Source of the DNA: an uncultured Chloroflexia bacterium
Lineage (GTDB): Bacteria > Chloroflexota > Limnocylindria > QHBO01
Assembly: GCA_963825525.1 (NCBI GenBank)
Contig: CAWGTN010000002.1
Location: forward strand, 896,001 to 960,000
Direction: 5' to 3'
DNA length: 64,000 bases
The notes beneath the pieces are model-generated. The model was not told the origin of the DNA. It saw nothing but the letters and a program-made list of their open reading frames with translations, and did no database searches. Below, piece after piece: positions 30,731 through 42,156 of this stretch (positions within the stretch are counted from its first letter, which is position 1; each line of letters opens with the position of its first letter). Position numbers and translations under genes: made by a program.

Positions 30731-30916
30731 GCCAACCCCTTCCAAGGCACAGTGTTGAACCACGCCGCTCTGCGGATCGACGCCGGCCCGGGATCTTGCC
30801 GCTGCCCCGAGGCCGACGGTTGGACGTGGTGAGGGGAGAGGAAGGGAAAGGCTGGTGGCGCCGGGTCCCTGCGGCCCGACCGGCGGAGTATGCCAAGAGC
30901 GACGCACGCCCCGCAA
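30731..30916 (-). promoter_or_regulatory. Promoter and ~150-nt structured 5' leader with anti-SD tract
   Basis: Minus-strand TTGCGG (30916-30911), 18-nt spacer, TGG-CATACT (-10 at 30892-30887). The leader CCCTTCC is complementary to the SD. Confidence 0.55.
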
Positions 30917-30942
30917 GCGAAATTCAGCGGTAGCATCGGCCG

Positions 30943-31134
30943 ATGCGCCGGGGCCTGATGATCATCGGCATCTTCGTGATCCTGTCCGGGCTGGTGTGGA
31001 TCGCGCAGGGGCTCGACCTGCCGTTTGCTCCGGGCAGCTTCATGACGGCCGACCGCAGCTGGGTGGTGATCGGGTCGATCACCGCCTTGGCGGGCCTTGT
31101 CATCGTGGACCGAGCGCGGCACCCGCGCGATTGA
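30943..31134 (+). CDS. Small two-TM membrane protein
   Basis: GLVWIAQG...PGSFMT..W pattern. TAGCAT lies 6 nt before the ATG. Confidence 0.7.
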   Translation: MRRGLMIIGIFVILSGLVWIAQGLDLPFAPGSFMTADRSWVVIGSITALAGLVIVDRARHPRD

Positions 31135-31144
31135 GGGCGAGGGC

Positions 31145-31735
31145 TCAGGCCCGTGAGACCCCGGCAGCCGCCATTTCGTCCAGTGCGCGTGGTCCGTCGA
31201 GCGGGTCCAGGTTGACGGCCGCAGTCGCGTTCTCGAGCACGGTCACCTCGAAACCTAGCCGGCGCGCATCGAGCGCCGTGGCCCTCACGCAGTAGTCGGT
31301 GGCCAGCCCGCACACGACGACGTGCGTCACACCGGATGCCCGCAGCAACGACTCCAGCTCGGTCGGCCGCTCGTCCCCGGTGACCGGATCACGGGTCGTG
31401 AAGCCCGAGTAGCCGTCCTCGCCGTTCACACCCTTGCGGACGCGCGGCGCACCGGGTGGAAGGTCGAATGCCGGATGCAGCTCCGATCCCCACGTGTCGG
31501 CCACGCAATGCACCGGCCAGATGCCGCCGTCCTTCGCAAAGTGGGGTGTCGATGCCGGATGCCAATCCTGGGTCGCAACGACCATCGCGCCGCGGTCAAC
31601 GGCATCCCGCACGGTCCGGTTGACGGCCGGGATGATCTCGGCGCCGCCGTGCACGGCGAGGCCACCCGTCGGATCGGCAAAGTCGTTCTGGAGATCGACG
31701 ACCACGATGGCAACCGTCGAGTCGATCGCGGGCAT
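31145..31735 (-). CDS. pncA: Nicotinamidase (isochorismatase family)
   Basis: VDLQNDF, TQDWHP, WPVHCV, RKG, YSGF, GLATDYCV. Confidence 0.9.
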   Translation of the reverse strand: MPAIDSTVAIVVVDLQNDFADPTGGLAVHGGAEIIPAVNRTVRDAVDRGAMVVATQDWHPASTPHFAKDGGIWPVHCVADTWGSELHPAFDLPPGAPRVRKGVNGEDGYSGFTTRDPVTGDERPTELESLLRASGVTHVVVCGLATDYCVRATALDARRLGFEVTVLENATAAVNLDPLDGPRALDEMAAAGVSRA

Positions 31736-31745
31736 CAGCGTCCGA

Positions 31746-33420
31746 TCAATTGGGAAAGATCCGCCGGAGTCGCCGATACGCGCGCGAAGCGGGACTCGGG
31801 AGCTCCACCGTGCGGGCGGCGGTGGCGGAGGGCGTGGCCTGCGCCGATGGGACTTCCGGCTCCTCGACGGCCGAGGCGTCTCCTGCGCTGCAAGGGTGGC
31901 GAGCGCCTCATCCAGCTCCGCAACGCCCGGGAGTGATGGGGCTCGGTGCTGTCACGTGTCTGCGCCGAGGTACGCGAGCTGGCCGGGCCACCTCGATCTC
32001 GTCGGCGGGCTCGGACGGGCGCGACCCGAACCAGAGCATCGTCTCTTCCGACTCGAGCGGTGCGTCGAGCCCGATCGACGCCGCGAAATCCGGCTCACTC
32101 TCCGGCTCGTCCGAGCCGCTGCGAATCCTGCGACTCGGACGCCTCCACACCGGCGTCGTCGAGCGACTCGACGTCCTCGGCGCGTTCGTTGGGTGCGTCA
32201 GTGCAGCGCCGATGGGGCAGTCGGCTCCGCCTTCGGCAACGGGTCATCCCAGCCTGCGGCGTCCGGCGTCCACCAGTCGGGCTCCTCGATCACCGCTGTG
32301 TAGCGGTTCCGGTCCCAGGATTCCTCCCGCACGATGCCCGAATCTTCAGCGGGCGGTGGCTCGGTGCCAGCCGCCGACTCCATCGCGGCCACGGGTTCTG
32401 GCTCTGGTTCGGGCTCGGGCTCTGGCTCTGGTTCTGGTTGCGGTTCTGGTTCGGGCTCTGGGCTGGCTCCGGTTCTGGTTCTGGCGCTGGCGCTGGTTCC
32501 GGCTCGCGGCTGGCGCAGGTTCCGGCTCGCGGCTCAGGTTCCGGCTCGGACTCAGGTTCCGGCTCGGACTCATGCTCGGGTTCCGGCTCGGGCTCAGGCT
32601 CGGGTTCCGGCTCGGCATCGGCGTCGATCATCTGTTCGGCAACCGGCAGCTCGCGGGGCAGGCTGGCGTCTGCGCCATCGACAGAGCCAGCGACCGCCTC
32701 GTCGCCCGCGTCGAGGGCTGCCTGCAGAGCCGCGAAGGCAGCTCCCGCCTCGACGCTGCCGGGAAGCTCGGCCGGGCTCGGGTCCTCCGCTCGGGCAAGG
32801 GCCTCGGCGAAGTCCTCGACGAAGTGGGCCCGACTGCGACGCCGCGGCGTGGGTGTCTCGGCGACATCATCGGCGGACTCATTCGACGCCTCACGGTCCG
32901 GCGCCTGCCGCGGGCTCGTGGCCGCCGACGGGGTGCCGGCCACGGGCTGCTCGGCCGCGGCCATCGGTTCCGGCTCGGGCTCCGGCCCCGGCTCCGGTGG
33001 CGGACTCGCGCGGGGAGCCGACGGTCGTGGCGTCGGGGCCGGAGCCGGACCACCGAACGGCAGCCGCAGATCCATGCGTGCCTCGAGCACGTCCACGCGC
33101 GACCGGAGCGACGCGACCTCGCCGCGAGCCTCCCCCAGGGCGAGGAGGGCCTGGCCATATCGCTCGGTCAGGTTGCGAAACTCGGTCAGGAGCTCACGGA
33201 ACGGCGACGCCTCCACCTCGGTGCTCGACGCATCACGATGACCGTTCGAGCGCGGAGCCTCACCCACCGCGGCGGGGGCCGGACGTGGCTGGAGGAAGAC
33301 GCGCATGCCCGTCTCTCCCTCCGGCGTCCCGGAGAGGACACCGCGGGCCAGCAGCTCCCAGACGCGCTCCGTTGGCACGCCGAGCACTGATGCCGCCTCG
33401 GTGACCGAATAGCCATCCAT
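31746..33420 (-). CDS. HTH plus coiled-coil protein with long acidic Pro/Glu-rich tail (several frameshifts)
   Basis: [27 protein letters not shown] (excisionase/MerR-like HTH), a coiled coil and EP repeats. Protein-like segments continue in other frames to ...[13 protein letters not shown] at 31746. Confidence 0.6.
32395..32615. repeat. Degenerate 6-bp tandem repeat (GAGCCG/GAACCG-type on the minus strand) encoding (Glu-Pro)n
   Basis: Runs of ggttcc/ggctcg/ggttct hexamers on the plus strand. A shorter copy lies near 32965-32995. Confidence 0.85.
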
Positions 33421-33471
33421 TGAGCCGCTAGGGTAGCGTTTCGGCTCAAGCGCAGGAACGAGCTCCCCTGA

Positions 33472-34748
33472 TCAGCCGGTCAGCTCGAGCAGCGAGTCCC
33501 GAAGCCGATCCAGCTCCTCGAGCGTGTTGTAGTGGACGAAGCCGATGCGGAGCAGCCCGCCAGCATCGGCGAGTCCCATGTGTCGCACGAGCTCCCACGC
33601 GTAGAAGTCGCCGTCCCATGCGCTGATCCCCCGCCTCGCCAGGTGCTCGGCGATCTCTCGCGGTTCATGCCCGGCGAGCGTGAACGAGAAGGTCGGCACC
33701 CGTTCGCCGACCCGTGCCGGATCGACGATGCCGTGCATCGTCAGTCCGGGCAGGCTCCCGATTCGCTCGAGCACGGCCAGCGACATCACGCGCTCGTGGA
33801 CGTGGATCGCCGACATCGCGGCACGCAGTCGGCCCCGCCGATCCGAGCGATCGCCGGCCTCGCCGTAGGCGGCACCCAGCGATTCAAGATATTCGAACGT
33901 CCCGAGCAGGCCCGCCAGCGCCTCGTGGTTCTGGGTACCCACCTCGAGCTTGCCCGGCAACTCGGCGCCGGCGGGGCGCACGCGATACGCGTCAAGCCGC
34001 TCGAGAAGGTCGCGCCGCCCGTAGAGCATGCCGAGGTGCGGGGCGAAGAACTTGTAGGGACTCGTGACCAGGAGGTCCGCTTGCAGCGCCGATACGTCGA
34101 TCGGCAGGTGCGGTGCCGCGTGGACCGCATCGACGTAGACGATGGCGCCCACCGCGTGTGCCGCCTCGATGACGCGGCCCGACATCGGTGACGGTCCCGA
34201 GGGCATTCGAGGCCAGGCCGATGGCCACGATCCGCGTCCGTGAGCCCACGACCTCCGAGAGTGCGTCAAGGTCGAGTGCCGTGCGGTCGTCGGTGAGCTC
34301 GAGCCAGCGCACCGTCGCGCCGCGGTCGGCGGCGACGGCAAGCCAGGGAGCAACGTTCGCATCGTGATCCAGACGCGTGACGACGACCTCGTCACCGGGA
34401 CCCAGATCCCGCCCGAGCGCGCGGCTGGTGCTGAACGTGATCGTGGTCATGTTCGGCCCGAACGAGATCTCGTCCGGATCATGGGCTCCCAGGAAATCGG
34501 CGCCCGCCGAATGGACTTCGTGGAGGAGCGCATCGGTCTCGACCGATGCCGTGAAGGCACCGCCATGGTTCGCGTTCGAGCGCTCGAGGTAGGTCGAGAT
34601 CGCCGCGATGCACTCGCGCGGGACCTGGGTCCCGCCCGGGCCGTCGAGGTAGGCGACCGGCACCCCGTTCACCATCCGTGAGAGGGCCGGGAAGTGATCG
34701 CGCACGGCGGCCACGATCCAGGCCCCGGCGCTCGCTCAACGACGTCAT
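33472..34748 (-). CDS. Cysteine desulfurase-like class V aminotransferase (frameshifts near 34715 and 34180)
   Basis: YLDGPGGTQVP, LDHDANVAPW, ASNALGT, YVDAVH, SPYKFF (PLP Lys), GTQNHE, VHYNT. Confidence 0.88.
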
Positions 34749-34789
34749 GGCGTCCATGCTACGACGCATCGCCGCTATCATCCCCCCTC

Positions 34790-36948
34790 GTGACCACATC
34801 CCTCCGCGTCCCGACCGTCTCGGGCCACGAATTCAACCTGCCGGCCGGGCTCGAGGGCCTCGGTGAGCTCGCCTACAACCTGTGGTGGAGCTGGACGCCC
34901 CGGGCACAGGCGATCTTCAGCCGCATCGATTCCGGCATGTGGATTCGCTATCGAAACCCCATCCGGGTGTTGCGCGCGGTCGACGCCGCACGCTGGGCCG
35001 AGTTGGCGGGTGACGAGGACTTCCTTGTCGATGTGAGCCGCGTCCTCGACGAGTTCGAGCGCTACCTGGGCAACGGCTCGGACTCGTGGTACGCGGACTC
35101 GCCCGAGCGCGCGCTGGCCGGCCCGGTCGCCTACTTCTGCGCGGAGTTCGGGATCCACGAGTCGATGCAGATCTACTCAGGTGGTCTCGGTGTCCTCGCC
35201 GGCGACCACTGCAAGTCCGCGTCCGACGCTGCCATCCCGTTCATCGCGCGTCGGACTCCTGTATCGGCGCGGCTACTTCCGGCAGCAGATCGACGCCGAC
35301 GGACACCAGGAGCATGCGCAGCCGGACCTCGACCCGTCACAGCTGCCACTTCGACGCGCCCGGGGGCGCGATGGGGCGCCGCTGCAGGTCAGCGTCGAGA
35401 TCGCGGACCGGGTGGTGCACGCCGCGGTCTGGGTCGCGCAGGTCGGTCGGGCACCGGTCCTGCTGCTCGACACCGACGTTCCCGCCAACGACCCGTCCGA
35501 TCGGCCGATCACGCACATCCTCTATGTGCGCGGCCGCGAGATGCGGCTGTGCCAGGAGCTCGTGCTCGGCATCGGCGGCGTACGTGCACTTCGCGCCCTG
35601 GGGATCGATCCGGCCGTGTGGCACCTCAACGAGGGCCACTCGGCGTTCCTCCTCGTCGAGCGCGCGGGCGAGCTCATGGACGCCGAGCCGGGCCTGTCCG
35701 CTGCCGAGGCGCTGCGGCGCGTGGGCCGCTCGTCGGTCTTCACCATCCACACGCCCGTCCCCGCCGGCAACGAGGTGTTCGCCCGGGACCTGGTCGCCGG
35801 AGCGCTCGACCGCTGGTTCCGCAGCGCGCACATGGAGCCGACGGAGCTGCTCGAGCTGGGCCGGGGACATACCGATGATCCCAACGCCCCGTTCGACATG
35901 ACCGCGTTCGTGCTGCGCCACGCGGTGGGGGCGAACGCCGTGAGCAGGCTCCACGCCGACACCGCCACCGCGACGTGGCAGGACCTGGCGGGCCACCCCA
36001 TCGACGCCATCACGAACGGGGTCCACGTGCCGACCTGGCTCGGCCGGCCCGTACGGCGGTTGATCCAGCGCGCGATCGGCGTCCCACTCGGAAGCGACAT
36101 GCATGGCCCGGAGATGCTGGGCAAGCTCGGCGAGGTCGACGGCCGCGAGCTGTGGGCCGCGCATCAGCAGCAGAAGCGCGAGATGGGTGGCTTCCTGGAA
36201 GGAAGGCTGGCGCGCCAATTTGCGCGTCACGGCGAGTCGCCGGGCACGCTGCGCTCAATCCGCGGAGTGCTCAACGAGGACGCCCTGACCATCGGCTTCG
36301 CGCGACGGTTTGCGACCTACAAGCGAGCCGCCCTCCTGTTCAGCGACGAGGAGCGCCTGTCCCGGATCCTGGATGCCGCCGATCGGCCGGTGCAGATCAT
36401 CATCGCCGGCAAGGCGCACCCGGCCGATCGCCCTGGCCAGCAGGTGATCCAGCACATCTTCGAGCTCTCCCGCTCGGAGCGGCTGCGCGGGCGCGTGTTC
36501 ATCGTCGAGGACTACGACATGCGCATCGGAAGATTCCTGGTCGGCGGGGTCGACATCTGGCTCAACAACCCGCGCCGTCCGCATGGAGGCGTCGGGCACC
36601 TCGGGCATGAAGGCGGCGATCAACGGGATCCCGTCCCTCTCGGTCCTGGACGGTTGGTGGGACGAGGGCTTCAACGGTGAGAACGGGTGGGCCATCGGCG
36701 GCCGTGAGCCGATCGGTGACGAGGCCGCCCAGGACGCTGCCGACGCCGGCGAGCTCTACCGGTTGCTGGAGGACGAGATCGTTCCGAAGTTCTTCGCTCG
36801 CGACGCCGATGGGCTGCCTGTCGATTGGCTGCCCGTGATGCGCGCGTCCATCGAGGGTGCCCTGTGGCAGTTCAGCACCGCCCGGATGCTGACCGAGTAC
36901 GTGGACCGGCTGTACCTGCCCGCGGTCCGCAGCACGGTCGGCTCCTGA
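34790..36948 (+). CDS. glgP: Alpha-glucan (glycogen/maltodextrin) phosphorylase (frameshifts near 35248 and 36580)
   Basis: LAYNLWWSW, YSGGLGVLAGD, HLNEGH, ITNGVH, FARRFATYKR, EASGTSGMK across three frames. Confidence 0.93.
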
Positions 36949-36962
36949 GCCGATCCCGCCTG

Positions 36963-38426
36963 CTAGGGCAGGTAGTTCCGAGGGTTCTCCCAGACGCCGC
37001 TGTGGTTGACGGCGAAGTGCACGTGGCATCCGGTCGAGTTGCCGGTTGATCCCTCGTAGCCGATGACCGATTCGCTGGTCACGATCGTTCCGGGCCCCAC
37101 GACCACTCGCGGCTGCATGTGCCAGTACCACGTCTGGATCCCGTTCCCATGGTCGACGACGACCCCGATAGCCGGAATCCCACGGCCGCAACGGCTGGCC
37201 CGAGGCAACGACGACGCCTGCGCCGACGGAGTAGATCGGGGTGCCACACCCGTTGGCGAAGTCGATGCCGGCATGGAAGTGCGGGTAGTACGTGCCGCCG
37301 ATAGGTGTACGGCGGCTCAAGGACGAAGTTCGGTCGGCCCCCATTCCTGGGTGACGCGAACGGGCGCTCGGGCCATCGGAACCCGTAGTTGGAGGTCGCA
37401 TTGGCGGCGGCGGCGGCATCGCGGGCCGCCTGGTCAGGTGCCGCCTGCTCCTGCGCTCGTCGGGCGGCTTCGGCGGCGGCGCGGGCCTTTGCTTCGGCGA
37501 TGGCCGCCTGCTGTGCCGAGGCCTGCTGCTGGAGCTGCTGAGCCAGGCTGGTGGCTGCCGCGCGCGGCGGCCTCGTTGTCGGCGATCTGCTGCTCGACGT
37601 TGCCCTTGGCCTCGAGCGCCGCATTCAGCGCCGCGGCCTGCTCCGCGCGTCGACGATCGGCCGCTGCCTGGAGCTCCTTGAGCCGGGCCTCGAGTGCCGT
37701 CAGCTCGTCTCGACGCTGCTTCAGGCTCGCTTCCTCGTCGCGCGCGACCGCGCGCGCATCGGCGAGGGCGCGTCGGCCCTCGGCCAACGTGGCGCGGCGC
37801 GTCTCGAGCTCTTCGCGAATGGCGCGGATGTCGTTGGCCAGGGCAGTGTCCTGCTCCGACACGTTCATCAGATAGCCGACCTGGGTCGTCGCCTGGTCGA
37901 GCGAACCGGCGGACAGGATGACTTCGAGCAGCGAGGTCTGGCTGCGTTCGTAGGCGGAGCGAAGGTGGTCCTGGAGGAGCGCCTCGCGCGCCTCGAGGTC
38001 CGTCGTCCGTCGATGGATGTCGTTCGCCACCTGGATCAGCTCGACATCCAGCTCGGCGATCTGCGCTCGCAGCTCCGCGATTCGGGCCTCGATGTCCGCC
38101 ACCTGGGTGCGAACCTGCTCGAGCAGCGCCGCCACGCGCTCGTATTCGGCGGTCACGGCGCCAAGCTCGGCCTCGGCCAGGTCGAGCTGCGTGTCGAGGT
38201 CGGCGGACTTGCGCTGAAGCTGTGCGAGCTGGGCGCGCTGCTGCTGGAGGGTAGCCTCCAGCGACTGCTGCGCCGACTGTGCGTCTGCGAGCTGTGCGCG
38301 GGTCTCGGCCAGCTTGGCCTCGGGATCAGCGGCAAGGGCCGAGCCGCTGGGCTGAGTTGTGACGACGCTCCATCCAACCGTCAGCAGGGCGACGAACGTG
38401 ACGGCGAGACGAGACCGCCGCCTCAT
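36963..38426 (-). CDS. Secreted coiled-coil M23 peptidoglycan endopeptidase (several frameshifts)
   Basis: Signal peptide and a long coiled coil. HAGID, TWYWH and GSTGNSTGCHVHF lie in successive frames. Confidence 0.85.
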
Positions 38427-38588
38427 CGAGCGGTGATCAGGTGCTGCACTATGCCCTTTGCCCCGTAGCGAGAGATGTTCGGGGCGATGGTGCCCGAAGC
38501 CTGGTGGCCGCGGAACGGGCCCCAAAGTACTACACCTGTCTAGTCCGTGTGGGTCTCGGCCTTGCCCGACACCCGGTACCTGCGCCGA

Positions 38589-39626
38589 TCAGTCGTCCTC
38601 GTCGCGCTTCGTCAAGCGGCCGATCACGACGCCCAGCAGCGCGCCCGCGCCGAGCACCACCGCCCGCGGAATCCCTCGTTTCGGCATGCCGGCGGGGACC
38701 GGTGGCGGCTCGGTCAGCACCGGCAGCAGCCGCGGATCGGCAACCGTTGTCGGGGCGCGCTGGTCGTCGATGGCGCTGGCACGCGCGAACTCCGCGCCCA
38801 ACAGCACGATCACGCTCGCGAAGTACAGGAACACGAGCAGCGTGATACCGGTCGAGATCGGGCCGAAGGCGCTCTCGTAGTTCGCGACGCTGGTGGCGTA
38901 CCAGGTAAAGCCGAAGCGCAGGATCGTCCACAGGACGGCCGCCACGATGGCGCCCGGCAGGACCTCGCCCCAGGTCACCGGGCGGTTCGGGACCACGCGG
39001 TAGATGACCCAGAACGCCAGGAAGATGAGGAGGATGGGTACGAAGAAGCCGATGAGCCACAGCGCCGTCGCCCCGCCCGGAATGCCCGCGACCACGTCCG
39101 CAGCCGCCTCCTGCAGGATGCCGGTCACGATCCCGATGACCACCGACCCGACCGCCAGGATCCCGGTCAGAGCCATGAGGAACAGGCCGATGAGCTTGTC
39201 CTTGAGGAACGGCCGCGGCGGGGCATTCTCGAAGACGCGACCGATCCCGGTCGAGATGGCGGAGAAGACCCCCAGGGCGCTCCAGGCCAGGAACGCGACG
39301 CTGATGAGCGTCATGCTGCCCCGGGACTCGATGACCGAGTCGATGATCCCGCCGATCGTGTCGGCGTCGAGCGGCGAGCCGGCCCCGGCCTGGTCGATGA
39401 TGAACTGCCGCGCCTCGCCGTCGCCGAGAAAGATCGAGCCGAGCACGACGCCGAGGACCAGCAGCTGGAAGACGGAGAGCACCGCGAAGTAGGCCATGCT
39501 CCCGGCGAACTGCAGCGCCTGGTGGCTCATGAACCCGCTCATAGCGCGGCGCGAGACCCGGGGGATGCGGTGACTGAGGCTCCACTCGTCGAGGTCGGCG
39601 AGGAGCCCCTTTGCTCGGTTGATCAT
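38589..39626 (-). CDS. YihY/BrkB family membrane protein
   Basis: AGSMAYFAVLS, IYRVVPN, PGAIVAA, YESAFG, VLLGAEF. Confidence 0.9.
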   Translation of the reverse strand: MINRAKGLLADLDEWSLSHRIPRVSRRAMSGFMSHQALQFAGSMAYFAVLSVFQLLVLGVVLGSIFLGDGEARQFIIDQAGAGSPLDADTIGGIIDSVIESRGSMTLISVAFLAWSALGVFSAISTGIGRVFENAPPRPFLKDKLIGLFLMALTGILAVGSVVIGIVTGILQEAAADVVAGIPGGATALWLIGFFVPILLIFLAFWVIYRVVPNRPVTWGEVLPGAIVAAVLWTILRFGFTWYATSVANYESAFGPISTGITLLVFLYFASVIVLLGAEFARASAIDDQRAPTTVADPRLLPVLTEPPPVPAGMPKRGIPRAVVLGAGALLGVVIGRLTKRDEDD

Positions 39627-39684
39627 CGGGTCATCCTTTCCGCAAGGCACGTGCCCGCTCGATCTTCAGGCTACCCTGTCACCC

Positions 39685-41103
39685 ATGCCGCGCCGCGAAA
39701 CCGAGCTCCTGCAGCTCGACGGTCACGAGGTCACGATCAGCAACCCGGGGAAGGTCTTCTTCGCCGATGCGGGCGTCACGAAGCTCGACCTCGTCCGGTA
39801 CTACGTCGACGTCGCCGAGGGCGCATTACTCGGCGTCCGCGATCGACCGATGGCGCTCAAGCGGTTCGTGGACGGTGCCGGTGGTGAGGCCTTCTTCCAG
39901 AAGCGCGCTCCGAAATCGGTCCCGGAGTTCGTGCGGACCGTGGAGCTTTCGTTTCCATCGGGCCGCACGGCGGACGAGGTGGTGGTCGACAACGCCGCGG
40001 CGCTGGCGTGGGTCATCAACCTCGGCTGCATCGACCTCAACCCGCACCCGGTGCGATCCGGGGACCTTGATCATCCGGACGAGCTGCGCGTGGATCTCGA
40101 CCCCGGCCCGGGCGTAGGATTCGATGACGTGCGGTCCGTGGCGCTCGTCGTGCGCGAGGTGCTCGAGGAGCTCGGCTACACCGCTTGGCCGAAGACCTCG
40201 GGATCACGTGGCATCCACGTCTACGTCCGGATCGAGCCCAACTGGGCCTTCAGTGACGTCCGACGCAGCGCGCTGGCTCTGGCCCGCGAGGTTGAACGTC
40301 GCGCCCCGGAGATCGCCACCAGCAAGTGGTGGAAGGAGGAGCGCCACGGCGTCTTCCTCGACTACAACCAGAACGCGAAGGACCGCACGGTGGCATCGGT
40401 CTACTCCGTGCGCCCACGCCCTGATGCCACGGTCAGCGCGCCGCTGACCTGGGACGAGCTGCCGGACGCGGAGCTCGGCGACTTCACCGTGCGGACGGTC
40501 CCGGAACGCTACGCGCGACTCGGCGACGTGGGTGCCGGCATCGAGGAACGCCGTCACTCATTGGAACCGCTGCTCGAGCTGGTCGAGCGTCAGGAGCGCG
40601 AGGGACTGGGCGACGCGCCATGGCCGCCCCACTACGCCAAGCAGGCCGGGGAGCCGCCTCGGGTGCAGCCGTCCAAGCGTCGTCGCGCTCCGACGGGCAC
40701 GCCCACTGATCCCACCGCCCCGCGCGGTCGAGCGGGTTCGGTGGCGCCCCCCATGCCACAGGCCCCGGCTCGGAACCCGGACGGCAGCGTCCCGCCGACC
40801 GGAAGGCGCCGGTCGACCCAGCCGCTGCTCGTCATCGGCCAGGCCGCCGACAAGGCGGACGCACTGGCGGGGCTCGATCGATGGCGCGACCGCCACCCGG
40901 ACGCCGCGAACCACGTCCGCGACCCCGAGGATGTCCTGGTCGACGCCATGCGCGGCCGGTACAAGGTGTGGTGGCGGGTTCGCGTCAATCTCCGCAACGT
41001 CCCGGAGGCGCTGCGCCCCGCCGCCGAGCCACCGGACCCCGACTACGACCCGACGACCGAGTGGATTGATCCCGTCACCCCGGATGAGGAGGCATCGAGT
41101 TGA
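39685..41103 (+). CDS. Stand-alone LigD-type primase-polymerase (Prim-PolC-like) with C-terminal extension (472 aa)
   Basis: TKLDLVRYY, FFQKRAP, ELRVDLDP, KTSGSRGIH, WWKEER, FLDYNQN, YSVR. Confidence 0.9.
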   Translation: MPRRETELLQLDGHEVTISNPGKVFFADAGVTKLDLVRYYVDVAEGALLGVRDRPMALKRFVDGAGGEAFFQKRAPKSVPEFVRTVELSFPSGRTADEVVVDNAAALAWVINLGCIDLNPHPVRSGDLDHPDELRVDLDPGPGVGFDDVRSVALVVREVLEELGYTAWPKTSGSRGIHVYVRIEPNWAFSDVRRSALALAREVERRAPEIATSKWWKEERHGVFLDYNQNAKDRTVASVYSVRPRPDATVSAPLTWDELPDAELGDFTVRTVPERYARLGDVGAGIEERRHSLEPLLELVERQEREGLGDAPWPPHYAKQAGEPPRVQPSKRRRAPTGTPTDPTAPRGRAGSVAPPMPQAPARNPDGSVPPTGRRRSTQPLLVIGQAADKADALAGLDRWRDRHPDAANHVRDPEDVLVDAMRGRYKVWWRVRVNLRNVPEALRPAAEPPDPDYDPTTEWIDPVTPDEEASS

Positions 41104-41558
41104 CCGACCGCCAGGAGCTGCTGCGCCGATACGAATCCGGCGCGGACGAAGTGGATGCCGCGCTTGCCGGAGTCACCGACGAGAAGCTCGACCAGCGCCC
41201 CGCCGATGGAGGATGGACGGCACGCCAGGTGGCGCACCATCTGGCCGACAGCGAGGCCATGGCATACATCCGGCTGCGCCGCCTGGTGGCCGACGACGAG
41301 GCTCGCATCGAGGGCTACGACGAGCCGCGCTGGGCGATGCGCCTGCACTATGAACGTCCGATCCCCGACTCGATGGCGGTGGTCCGGGCCGTCCGCGCCG
41401 GCAGCCTCGGGCTGCTCAAGATGCTCAGCGAGGAGGAGTGGGGCCGCAGCGGAACCCATTCGGAGTCGGGCGCATACTCCATCCAGGACTGGCTGCGCAT
41501 CTACGCCGACCATTGCCACGAGCACGCCGACCAGATCCGTGCCGCGGTGGGCCGCTGA
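41100..41558 (+). CDS. DinB/YfiT-family thiol transferase-like protein
   Basis: WTARQVAHHLADSE and HCHEH metal triad. TTGA overlap with the upstream gene. Confidence 0.88.
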   Translation: MTDRQELLRRYESGADEVDAALAGVTDEKLDQRPADGGWTARQVAHHLADSEAMAYIRLRRLVADDEARIEGYDEPRWAMRLHYERPIPDSMAVVRAVRAGSLGLLKMLSEEEWGRSGTHSESGAYSIQDWLRIYADHCHEHADQIRAAVGR

Positions 41559-41565
41559 AGGGCCG

Positions 41566-42156
41566 CTAGGGAGGGCCGATCCGCGCTGACAGGCGTTCCC
41601 GGATGGCAGGCCACTCGTCGCGGAGGATCGAGTAGTAGACCGTGTCGCGGATGTGGCCGTCGGGCAGGCGCATGTGACGACGCAGGACCCCTTCGCGGAC
41701 GGCTCCGAGACGCTCGATTGCCGCCTGCGACTGTGCATTTCTGCCATCGGTCTTGAGTGCGACGCGGCCCGCTCCAAGCTCATCGAAGGCATGGGTGAGC
41801 TGGAGCAGCTTCACCTCGCTGTTCAGCGCGGTCCGCCAGCGAGATGGCGCGAGCCACGTCCATCCGATCTCCAGCCGCTCGGAAGGCAGGTCGATGTCCC
41901 CGAACCGGCTCGACCCGACGGCCCGCCCCGTATCGAGGGCCACGGTCGCCCATACCACGAAGCGACCATCGGCCACGCCGGACGCGGCTTCGCCGTACCA
42001 CGCGTCCCACCCCATCCGGGCGAGGTCGGTGGCGAGGTAGCGCATGGCCGATGGGTCCTCGCCCGCCGCGAGCTCGAGGTCGGCTCGATGCCGGTCGGCC
42101 AGCGGCTCGAGCCGCACGGAACGCCCGGTGAGGGTGACCGGGACAGGCTGCCTCAC
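41566..42156 (-). CDS. GNAT acetyltransferase (RimJ/RimL type)
   Basis: VRLEPL, LEIGWTW, RNAQSQAAIERLGA..EGVLR, RDTVYYSIL.EW. Confidence 0.92.
   Translation of the reverse strand: MRQPVPVTLTGRSVRLEPLADRHRADLELAAGEDPSAMRYLATDLARMGWDAWYGEAASGVADGRFVVWATVALDTGRAVGSSRFGDIDLPSERLEIGWTWLAPSRWRTALNSEVKLLQLTHAFDELGAGRVALKTDGRNAQSQAAIERLGAVREGVLRRHMRLPDGHIRDTVYYSILRDEWPAIRERLSARIGPP

Noticed and set aside
32395-32615. CRISPR array or non-coding repeat
   Set aside because: Degenerate in-gene hexamers encoding Glu-Pro, with no spacers and no cas genes.
38430-38545. c-di-AMP or c-di-GMP riboswitch before the M23 peptidase
   Set aside because: Two short GC hairpins and a GGGCAAA are present, but the other conserved blocks of either riboswitch are missing. 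Such stems are expected at this GC content.
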